From: a bacterium
GTDB taxonomy: Bacteria > Patescibacteriota > Minisyncoccia > Phycocordibacterales > Phycocordibacteraceae
Reading direction: 5' to 3'
NCBI GenBank assembly: GCA_021811365.1
Contig: JAJZPB010000003.1
Location: 1-60,854, forward strand
Length of the DNA stretch: 60,854 nucleotides
Part shown: positions 37,591 through 45,049 of the stretch, piece by piece
Layout: every line of letters begins with the position of its first letter
How positions within the stretch are numbered: position 1 is the first letter of the stretch
The notes under the pieces: generated by a model
Told to the model about the DNA's origin: nothing
The model's input: only the letters and a program-made list of their open reading frames with translations
Database searches by the model: none
Program-made: the position numbers and the translations under genes

Positions 37591-38657
37591 CCTATCCAAT
37601 CAAAAAACTTGGACAGGTTGTTGAATTTCGGTATGGGAAAGGTATTGACCGAAGTAGGCGTAACGAAAGCGGCGATGTACCCATTTACGGTGCTAATGGC
37701 ATTTTGGGTTGGACAGATAAAGTATTAATTTCTGGAGAGGCGATTATCGTCGGGCGGAAGGGTTCGGCAGGTGAACTGACACGGGTGGCAGGAAGATTTT
37801 GGCCGTCAGATGTTACGTATTATGTGTTTGGCAATGATCAAATAGACGTTGATTATCTTTTTTATTTTTTAAAAAGCGTAAACTTGCCACAGCTTGCAGC
37901 AGGAGTGAAGCCCGGCATCAACCGCAATCAGGTTTATCAAATCGAGATTCCGGTGCCGCCTTTGGCAGAGCAGAGGAAGATTGTGGCGAAGATAGAAAAG
38001 CAGTTTGCGAAGATAGACGAGGCCGCGCGCTTGCGCGCGGAGAGCCAGACCCTCACCGCCCAGCTCCTCCCCGCCGCCCTCCACGAAATCTTTTCCTCCG
38101 CCGAATCAAAAGGGTGGGGAGAAAAATCGCTTGGTGATCTCTGCGACATTTTAGACAGTAAACGAAAACCAATCACAAAACGAGATCGCAAATCTGGGTG
38201 CTATCCATACTATGGGGCAACGCAGGTGCAGGATTATGTTGCCGGTTATATTTTTGATGAGCCGCTTATTCTTCTTGGGGAGGACGGTGCTCGTTGGGGT
38301 GCAAACGAACAGAGCGCTTATCATATTGTCGGAAAGTCATGGGTGAATAATCACGCGCACGTTTTGCGGCCGCATCGAGACGAGCTTCTTGATGCATGGC
38401 TCGTATATGTATTGAACACCGAAGATCTGTCCCGATACATAACTGGAACGACTGTCAAAAAGTTAAACCAAGAAAAAATGCGAAGCATAAAAATCCCGCT
38501 TCCACCTCTCGCCGAGCAGAAGAAAATCGTCAAAAAGCTCGATGCACTTGCCGAAAAAGCCCGTGCCCTCGCCGCGCTCCAATCCGCTCAGGCCGCCGAC
38601 TTTAAGGCATTGAAACAATCTATTCTTCACGAAGTATTTTCAGGAGAGGTACAATAG
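37587..38657 (+). CDS. hsdS: Type I R-M specificity subunit (two TRDs)
   Basis: Two TRDs, each followed by IPVPPLAEQRKIV / IPLPPLAEQKKIV conserved helices; LKQSILHEVF end. Confidence 0.95.
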   Translation: MTYPIKKLGQVVEFRYGKGIDRSRRNESGDVPIYGANGILGWTDKVLISGEAIIVGRKGSAGELTRVAGRFWPSDVTYYVFGNDQIDVDYLFYFLKSVNLPQLAAGVKPGINRNQVYQIEIPVPPLAEQRKIVAKIEKQFAKIDEAARLRAESQTLTAQLLPAALHEIFSSAESKGWGEKSLGDLCDILDSKRKPITKRDRKSGCYPYYGATQVQDYVAGYIFDEPLILLGEDGARWGANEQSAYHIVGKSWVNNHAHVLRPHRDELLDAWLVYVLNTEDLSRYITGTTVKKLNQEKMRSIKIPLPPLAEQKKIVKKLDALAEKARALAALQSAQAADFKALKQSILHEVFSGEVQ

Positions 38658-38661
38658 AGAT

Positions 38662-38874
38662 ATGGAAATGATTCCCGTTTCGTCATCTGATATCCGGGCC
38701 ATCGGCTACGATGCGGCCACGGCGACATTGAGAGTCGATTTTATCTCGGGCGGCATATACGAGTATTTTGATGTACCGGAGTCTGTGCACGCCAATTTCC
38801 TGCGCGCGGCATCGTATGGGGAATTTTTAAATGATTTTATTCGATACAACTATCGGTATCAAAGAATCGGCTGA
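38662..38874 (+). CDS. KTSC-domain protein
   Basis: VSSSDIRAIGYD....TLRVDF..GG.YEY..VP......F..A.S.G.F.N..IR pattern. Confidence 0.88.
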   Translation: MEMIPVSSSDIRAIGYDAATATLRVDFISGGIYEYFDVPESVHANFLRAASYGEFLNDFIRYNYRYQRIG

Positions 38875-38875
38875 T

Positions 38876-39626
38876 ATGTTTACGCCTAAAACAGATCGGA
38901 TCGCTGAGGTGGCCAGCGAGAAAGCAAGAACAATTCAGGAGCTTGATCGGCTGCTCGGCAGTTCCACGCGCATGTATATAGACTATGCAAATGTGCGACC
39001 GTGGAGTACTCGGCTTGGATGGCATATCGATTTGAAAGCGCCTCAAGCAGTTTCTCGACTCGTTCGATACCATCCAGAAAGTGAACTTCTATGGCGGCTA
39101 CCTAGAGGGCGACGAACGCTCGGAGCAGGAGATCAAGGATGGAGAACAGCACAAATATGTTGTGCGTACGAAACCAGTCAAAATTATGCAGTTCCCAATC
39201 GATGCGTCGAGCATACCGCCAGACTCGACCGCGCTTCTTGATCAGTTTGTTAAGCGGTCACTCCTCCGAAAATACGAGGTCAGTACTATCGAGTATCTGA
39301 ATAACCGCTTCCGTGATATGAACAAGAAAGGTGAGTATTATATTGAAGATCGAAAATGCAATTTTGATGTCGAAATTGGCGTCGATATGCTTCTCGACTA
39401 CGAACGTGATGGGACAGAGACGTACGCATTGTGGACCGGCGACAGCGACTTTGCCGACCCTGTGCGGAAATTGTTACAAGCGGGCAGGAAAGTGATTATT
39501 TTCGCTACCGCGAGGAAAGTCTCTAAGGAACTCTCCGCTCTGCGGAATAACGGTCTCCTTATCTTCGATATCCAGAAAATACGCGATTTTATTTGCTGGA
39601 AAAAAGAAATGGATACGTCCAAATAA
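38876..39626 (+). pseudogene. NYN-domain ribonuclease split by one extra A at ~39035-39037
   Basis: Frame 1 gives ...YIDYANV...WHIDL; removing one A continues KRLKQFLDSFDTIQKVNFY...KCNFDVEIGVD...TGDSDF. Confidence 0.82.
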
Positions 39627-39752
39627 AGCAAAGGGGACCCCTTGCGGGGCCCCCAAGCTCTAGAATTCGCGATCTTGCGATCAAGGGCACTTTACCAAGA
39701 TTTACCTGAAAAAGCAATGAGCTGTGGATTGCCCAAATCCCTCTTCTCGCCC

Positions 39753-39893
39753 CTCGCCGAGCAGAAGAAGATCGTCAAAAAGCTCGATGCACTTGCCGAA
39801 AAAGCCCGCGCCCTCGCCACGCTCCAATCCCAGCAAGCTGCCGACCTCAAAGCTCTCAAGCAATCCATCCTGCACGAGGCGTTTGCCGTATGA
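39753..39893 (+). repeat. Displaced copy 2 of the hsdS 3' end (141 nt)
   Basis: 39753-39830 matches hsdS 38508-38585 at 75/78 nt (manual alignment); encodes LAEQKKIV...LKQSILHEAFAV*. Confidence 0.93.
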
Positions 39894-39926
39894 GGGTGAG
39901 CCGCGCAATCATGCTATCGTTGAAAC

Positions 39927-40481
39927 ATGAATAGGTTTGAGTCTAATTCTCCGCAGAGAGAGACGGCGCCCAAAGAGTTTGAGTGGGTTTACGAAAAGAG
40001 TGGCGGCGAGTGGCGGGCTGTTCGTGCTCCCAAGGTTGTCGCATTTTCGCAAGGCGGAGTTGAAGAAAAAGATAGACGTGCTAACAATACGCTCAAAATG
40101 CTGCGAGATATGGAAGAGAAATGGCAGCTTAATGACCCGGCGGTGGAGCATAATGAAGGTATTCTGCGCGACCATCCGTTTTATCACGATTTGTTTATAA
40201 AATGGGCGCAGCGGTATTTGGAGATGAAGCACTTCGACACGAGCGAGTTTTCCGGTCGTCTAGATGAGGGTGAGGGGAACCTTCTTTTGCCCAATGGGAG
40301 GTTTTCAAAGGTGTGGCTGACAAATGTAGTTGCGAACGGCAGAGAGTGGGTCGACGAACAGGTAGCAAATGAGCTATTGATATCTCAAGGCTTTCTCGAT
40401 ATTACGAATAACCACGAAAGACAAGAAGAACTTGGTATCGAGCCGGAAAACGACGGTTGGTGGACTCAAGACGAGGTGTAA
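39927..40481 (+). CDS. Hypothetical protein (184 aa)
   Basis: TGc-TATCGT 6 nt upstream of ATG; no motif recognised. Confidence 0.65.
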   Translation: MNRFESNSPQRETAPKEFEWVYEKSGGEWRAVRAPKVVAFSQGGVEEKDRRANNTLKMLRDMEEKWQLNDPAVEHNEGILRDHPFYHDLFIKWAQRYLEMKHFDTSEFSGRLDEGEGNLLLPNGRFSKVWLTNVVANGREWVDEQVANELLISQGFLDITNNHERQEELGIEPENDGWWTQDEV

Positions 40482-40491
40482 AGAGTTTCGC

Positions 40492-40626
40492 ATGGACGAC
40501 GAGATTTTTGAAAAGGCGAAGGAGGAGGACCTGAGTGCCGATGAGGCACACGAGCTCGCAGACTTTATGGACGAGAACGGTATCGATGATGTCGACGAGG
40601 CATACGAGATTTGGAGTGAGTTGTAG
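40492..40626 (+). CDS. 44-aa extremely acidic protein
   Basis: MDDEIFEKAKEEDLSADEAHELADFMDENGIDDVDEAYEIWSEL; 19/44 residues are D/E; spaced ~10 nt from both neighbours. Confidence 0.7.
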   Translation: MDDEIFEKAKEEDLSADEAHELADFMDENGIDDVDEAYEIWSEL

Positions 40627-40635
40627 AATAGGATT

Positions 40636-40965
40636 ATGGATGAGGAAGAAATTCGAAAGTGTGTGGAAGCGGCTGGTGCTGCGGGGCTGCCTACGCCAGT
40701 GCGGCTTACGGTGCGGTATCATCCAGACCTTTGGAACATAACGGGTGTATCTGAGGAGCCGATGCTGATGGGTGGGAGCGGTACCTTCCTTTACGTTTTG
40801 CAAAACATACTTGCGGCGCATCCTGAGATAGAAAAGAAGTACCCGCCCGGTGCCCTCGCGATTTTCTTAAACGATTCAATACCCAAACCGCATTCACCGC
40901 TCTTTGATGGAGACCTTATTCGACTGGCTCCCAAGGATAGTTTGCTGCCCCCTCGCAGTGCATAA
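40636..40965 (+). CDS. MoaD/ThiS-like beta-grasp (ubiquitin-like) protein without C-terminal GG
   Basis: VRLTVRY...ITGVSEE...T...VL..I...HP.I...AIFLN....PLFDGD.I.L.P pattern; ends LLPPRSA. Confidence 0.65.
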   Translation: MDEEEIRKCVEAAGAAGLPTPVRLTVRYHPDLWNITGVSEEPMLMGGSGTFLYVLQNILAAHPEIEKKYPPGALAIFLNDSIPKPHSPLFDGDLIRLAPKDSLLPPRSA

Positions 40966-41001
40966 CCCGCGTCCTGTTGGATGGCGTAGTAGTATGGGCA
41001 C

Positions 41002-41967
41002 ATGAAGAAAGCGCAGAAAGAAAAAGAAACGTCGGTCGTTTTCCAAGCTAAAAACGGAGCCATTGAGCTGCGCGGCGATGTTGCGCGCGAGACGATTTGG
41101 GCGACGCAGGCGCAGATTGTGAAGCTATTTGGGGTCGATCAGTCGGTCGTCTCTCGCCACGTGCGCAACATTTTTAAAGACGGAGAAGTGAGTCCCAAAA
41201 GCAATATGCAAAAAATGCATACTGCTCATTCTGACCGGCCCGTTGCTCTGTACTCGTTGGATGTAGTTTTAGCAGTCGGCTACAGGACAAATTCAAAGGT
41301 GGCAATAGCGTTTCGCCAATGGGCGACCAAGACGCTGCGCGAGCACATAACCCGCGGCTACACTATAAACCGCAAACAAATTGGCAATAACTACGACGCC
41401 TTTATGCGCGCCGTGGGCGACATTCAGTCGCTCTTGCCAGCGCACGTGACGCTCGACCCGAATCAGGTGCTTGAGCTCATTAAAGAATTTGCAAGCACGT
41501 GGGTGTCGCTCGATGCGTACGATAAGGATGCGCTTAAACCGATTGGCACGACAAAAAAAGCAGTACGACTGAGTGCGGAGGAGCTCTCTGCGGCGATTTC
41601 TCGGCTGCGCGACGAGCTTATGCGAAAGGGCGAAGCGACGGACTTGTTTGCACATGAGCGACAGGCGGGAACTGTCGAGGGTATAGTCGGCAACGTGATG
41701 CAGGCGTTCGGCGGCAAGTCGCTCTATGCGAGCGTGGAAGAGAAGGCGGCGCACCTGCTGTACTTTATGGTGAAGAACCACCCGTTCTCGGACGGCAACA
41801 AGCGGTCGGGCGCTTTCGCGTTTGTGTGGTTCTTGCGGAAAGCAGGCGGGAAGAAGAATCGCGTAATAACGCCGGCGGCGCTCACCGCGCTTACGCTCTT
41901 GATTGCCGAGAGCGATCCTGCGCACAAGGAGAAAATGACCGCGCTCGTGACGCGGCTACTTGCGTAA
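41002..41967 (+). CDS. RhuM-like DNA-binding domain fused to a Fic/Doc domain
   Basis: ETIWATQ.QI..LF...H..NIF, YSLDVVLAVGYRTNS..A..FRQWA (RhuM); HPFSDGNKRSG (Fic/Doc). Confidence 0.9.
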   Translation: MKKAQKEKETSVVFQAKNGAIELRGDVARETIWATQAQIVKLFGVDQSVVSRHVRNIFKDGEVSPKSNMQKMHTAHSDRPVALYSLDVVLAVGYRTNSKVAIAFRQWATKTLREHITRGYTINRKQIGNNYDAFMRAVGDIQSLLPAHVTLDPNQVLELIKEFASTWVSLDAYDKDALKPIGTTKKAVRLSAEELSAAISRLRDELMRKGEATDLFAHERQAGTVEGIVGNVMQAFGGKSLYASVEEKAAHLLYFMVKNHPFSDGNKRSGAFAFVWFLRKAGGKKNRVITPAALTALTLLIAESDPAHKEKMTALVTRLLA

Positions 41968-42053
41968 CGTTCGAGGTTTTTCAGCGGTGTACGCCCAGCG
42001 CGTTGTCGATGTAATGCTCTTAAGAAGTCCATTCTGAACGACGCACCCGCAAT

Positions 42054-42506
42054 ATGAACTACTGGCTGATGAAGACGGAACCGGGGGAGTTTTCGATCGA
42101 TGACCTCAAGCGCATTAAGGAGGAGCCCTGGACGGGCGTGCGCAACTACCAGGCGCGGAACTACATGCGCGACACCATGGCGGTGGGGGACGCGGTGCTG
42201 ATCTACCACTCGAGCTGCGAGGTGCCGGGCGTGTATGGAATGGCGAAGGTTTCGCACTTGGCGGAGCCAGACGCGGCGCAGTTTGACCCGAAGAGTAAAT
42301 ACTATGACGCGAAGGCGCGGCGCGAAGCGCCGCGGTGGTGGGGCGTGCGAGTGCGCTTCGTGAAAAAGCTTGCTGTGCCCGTGCCACTCTCTGTACTCAA
42401 GAAAGACAAGAAGCTGCAGAAGATGTTCCTCTTCACCAATGGGCGGCTCTCGGTGGGGGCCGTTACAAAGGCCGAGTACGAGCGTATTCTCGCGCTTGCA
42501 AGGTAG
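42054..42506 (+). CDS. EVE-domain protein (THYN1-like)
   Basis: YWLMKTEP, WTGVRNYQARNYM, GD.V.IYHS, RLSV.AV motifs. Confidence 0.92.
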   Translation: MNYWLMKTEPGEFSIDDLKRIKEEPWTGVRNYQARNYMRDTMAVGDAVLIYHSSCEVPGVYGMAKVSHLAEPDAAQFDPKSKYYDAKARREAPRWWGVRVRFVKKLAVPVPLSVLKKDKKLQKMFLFTNGRLSVGAVTKAEYERILALAR

Positions 42507-42556
42507 AGCGGCGCGCTTATCTTTGCCGAAGAATCGTGACAGTCATGATTAGTTAC

Positions 42557-42613
42557 GCCGACCTCAAAGCTCTCAAGCAATCCATTCTCCGTGAGGCGTT
42601 CTCCAATGTATGA
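42557..42613 (+). repeat. Displaced copy 3 of the hsdS 3' end (57 nt)
   Basis: 42557-42585 is identical to 39840-39868 (29 nt); encodes ADLKALKQSILREAFSNV*. Confidence 0.9.
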
Positions 42614-42627
42614 CAATGAAAAGTGAA

Positions 42628-42656
42628 TGCCCCCGTCTCGGATAGAGACGGAGGCA
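42628..42656. terminator. Hairpin between convergent units
   Basis: TGCC.CCGTCTC-ggata-GAGACGG.GGCA. Confidence 0.55.
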
Positions 42657-42693
42657 CGGAGTGTAGGTAAGGTCGGCTGGCTGAAGTCTTCTT

Positions 42694-42930
42694 TCAGTTG
42701 ATGGTGGGCCGCCGAGCCCATACGATGTGCATCCAGTCATCGAGCGCGCGATCCGCAACTGGATCGGCCAAAAGCGAAATGGCTTCGGGATCCGGCTCAT
42801 CGTCCTCGCTTGCGGTTTCGAAGATAGACATTGCGCTCTCGATAAATGCGCGCCGACGTACGTCTCGGAAGCCGTACTCGTCGGCGATGTTCCCGGCGAC
42901 TTTCTCGGCTTCGTCCCGTGTTAGCGGCAT
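42694..42930 (-). CDS. Hypothetical acidic protein (78 aa)
   Basis: AAAGGAG SD and TTGCAC..TACAGT promoter-like sequence upstream. Confidence 0.6.
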   Translation of the reverse strand: MPLTRDEAEKVAGNIADEYGFRDVRRRAFIESAMSIFETASEDDEPDPEAISLLADPVADRALDDWMHIVWARRPTIN

Positions 42931-43011
42931 TGGTGTGCTCCTTTTTTCTGTAGTAACTGTACCACAAAATATGAATAGTGCAAGTGAGCTGGGAGTGAGG
43001 AAAATCGAAAC

Positions 43012-43030
43012 GGGCCGCGCAGCGCGGCCC
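43012..43030. repeat. GC palindrome copy 1 (GGGCCGCGC-N-GCGCGGCCC)
   Basis: Same 9-bp arms as 43600-43620. Confidence 0.75.
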
Positions 43031-43061
43031 GCCTTTTAGCTGTCTGTTATACTCTTGGCCT

Positions 43062-43586
43062 ATGCAAAATATGTACACCTATACCGTGCCGATTTTTGTG
43101 AAAATGCTGGGCGGACTTAAGAATGTGCTCGCGAAGGCAGAAGCGCACGCAAAAGAGCAGGGGATAGCTGAAGCGGCTTTTCTCAGTGATGCGCTTGCGC
43201 CGGATATGTTCCCTCTGAAAAAACAGGTCCAGACTTCCTGTGACAACGCAGTAGGAGCGGTTTCGCGCCTTACAGGGAAAGAGCGCCCGAAGATGGAAGA
43301 TACGGAAACGACCTTCGCCGATCTTCGCACGCGCATTGATACGGCCCTCGCGTATGTGCAGAGCGTTTCCACACAAGACTTCGACGGCGCCGAGGAGCGG
43401 CGAGTTACGTTGCCGTACTACCCCGACAAATACATGACCGGAGTGGAATATGCGCTCGAGTACGCGCTGCCAAACTTTCTTTTCCACGTAGTGACGGCGT
43501 ACGGCATTGTGCGTAAAAATGGCACACCGATAGGCAAGGCGGACTTCATAAACGGTTTGCCGCTGCGCGATATCGAGTCAGCGTAG
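43062..43586 (+). CDS. DUF1993 (DinB-like) family protein
   Basis: LAPDMFPL..QV...CD.A, LPNF.FHV.TAY.I.R.NG..IGK.DF. Confidence 0.9.
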   Translation: MQNMYTYTVPIFVKMLGGLKNVLAKAEAHAKEQGIAEAAFLSDALAPDMFPLKKQVQTSCDNAVGAVSRLTGKERPKMEDTETTFADLRTRIDTALAYVQSVSTQDFDGAEERRVTLPYYPDKYMTGVEYALEYALPNFLFHVVTAYGIVRKNGTPIGKADFINGLPLRDIESA

Positions 43587-43599
43587 TGAGAAGTAAACA

Positions 43600-43620
43600 G
43601 GGCCGCGCGAGGCGCGGCCC
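43600..43620. repeat. GC palindrome copy 2; probable terminator
   Basis: GGGCCGCGC-gag-GCGCGGCCC. Confidence 0.75.
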
Positions 43621-43637
43621 TGGATGGCGGATTAGCG

Positions 43638-44015
43638 TCATTCGGAAGTCGAACCGGTCAGGTGCGACAAGCTGCTTGTGTTTGCACGGATCGGGCTCTT
43701 TGGGAGCAGGCGAGCAGTCCAGATCCGCACCGAGCAGAGCGGCTGTATCGCGCTGATTTGCGCGCGCGTTGGGTCGCGGTGCTGCAGCCAAGCGGTGTAG
43801 GGCCGAATCGATACAGTACCGTTTGGCAACAGCATGACAGCCGTCGCACGAAAAATGAGGTAGTTGTACACCGCGAGAAAGTCGTACGGGGTGTCGCCGT
43901 ACCCTCGGAGCAGCTCGATTCGGTAGCCGTTCTCGGCCAGGCGGTGCCGAATGGCCTCCGCCGTTTGCACCTGGTCTTCCGTAGGCACGAAACTCGTCCT
44001 GCGTCGTCTCGGCAT
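43638..44015 (-). CDS. Hypothetical protein (125 aa)
   Basis: AGGAG SD before MPRRRRTSF; no motif recognised. Confidence 0.55.
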   Translation of the reverse strand: MPRRRRTSFVPTEDQVQTAEAIRHRLAENGYRIELLRGYGDTPYDFLAVYNYLIFRATAVMLLPNGTVSIRPYTAWLQHRDPTRAQISAIQPLCSVRIWTARLLPKSPIRANTSSLSHLTGSTSE

Positions 44016-44234
44016 GGTCGTTCTCCTGCTGTTCTGTCTGGACTCTACCCATAGTGCAAGGACTTGTCTACAGGAGACGCTAAATCTCACGGGCCAGTAA
44101 CAGGTACGAAACGCGGGAGCGGAGCTATGAGCGCACCGCGGCTCATTTTGACCGCTGGCCATACATTGGTACACTACGCTGGTATTTCTCGGGGGCGTGA
44201 AAGCCTGTCCGTGGTACGTAGCAAATCACTCAAA

Positions 44235-44963
44235 ATGAACAATACTAATCGAACTATTCTTGCAGTAATCGTGCTCGCGGTTGTCGTCGGCGCGGGATGG
44301 TATGTCCTTTCTAAACCAACCACGGCAGGCGGGAAGACGGTAGCCATCGTAAACGGTACGGCGATTACGCAGAGCCAGCTCCAGTCGGAAGAAACGCAGA
44401 TTGGCGCGCAGATGGGGGCGACGGGCACCTCGACCGCACTGTTCCAGGATGCGGCGCTTAACGCGCTTATCGGTACGACGCTCCTCAAACAGGCGGCGGC
44501 GAAGGCCGGTTACACGGCGTCTTCAACGGCGGTTGCTACCCAGCTCGCCGCCGTGAAGTCGCAGTTCAAGACCGTGCAGGACTACCAGAACGCGCTCAAG
44601 GCGCAGAACTTGACGGAGACGCAGCTGCGCGTCCAGATTGCAGACAATCTAGTAATCGGACAGTTCTTGCAGCACCAGTTAAATCTCTCGGCAGCGACGG
44701 CGACTGAAGCGGAGATTCAGGCTGCCTACACCTCCGAAGTGGCTCAGCAGCCAACCAGCACCAACACGCCAAAACTAGCTGCGGTGCATGACCAGATTGC
44801 GCAGATGATTGTGCAGCAGAAGCAACAGCAGGCAGTGGCGCAGTACATTAACCAGCTGCGCGCCGGTGCTCAGGTCAAGATTCTGATTTCAACCTCAACG
44901 CCCGCAGTTGCTCCGACCGGAGCAGCGCCCACGAGTGGCACGGGCTCAACGACGGGCGCATAA
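44235..44963 (+). CDS. SurA N-terminal-domain (PrsA/PPIase-like chaperone) protein
   Basis: N-terminal TM; VAIVNG..IT...L; LI...LL.QAA...G helical SurA_N pattern; ..LR..A.V.I end. Confidence 0.8.
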   Translation: MNNTNRTILAVIVLAVVVGAGWYVLSKPTTAGGKTVAIVNGTAITQSQLQSEETQIGAQMGATGTSTALFQDAALNALIGTTLLKQAAAKAGYTASSTAVATQLAAVKSQFKTVQDYQNALKAQNLTETQLRVQIADNLVIGQFLQHQLNLSAATATEAEIQAAYTSEVAQQPTSTNTPKLAAVHDQIAQMIVQQKQQQAVAQYINQLRAGAQVKILISTSTPAVAPTGAAPTSGTGSTTGA

Positions 44964-45000
44964 AGGGCAGGGCAGGTTTTGGTTCGCGTTTGCGTGCGCA

Positions 45001-45032
45001 AAGCGCCCCGAGGCAGCAGCCTCGGGGCGCTT
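45001..45032. terminator. 14-bp perfect hairpin after the SurA-like gene
   Basis: AAGCGCCCCGAGGC-agca-GCCTCGGGGCGCTT. Confidence 0.7.
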
Positions 45033-45049
45033 GGTATACTCAGGCTTTG

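Larger units (their letters stand above)
29061..44015. other. Defence / accessory island centred on a type I R-M operon; boundaries approximate, no integrase seen
   Basis: Cluster of HNH, HD, RadC, hsdRMS, two NYN genes, toxSAS, KTSC, Fic and EVE; several genes visibly AT-richer than the flanks; internal direct repeats. Confidence 0.7.

Noticed and set aside
39031-39040. Programmed -1 frameshift in NYN2
   Set aside because: The required shift is +1, and TTTGAAAG is not an X_XXY_YYZ slippery heptamer.
39642-39893. 83-aa ORF as a functional second hsdS
   Set aside because: Contains only the conserved C-terminal helix with no TRD; treated as a displaced repeat.
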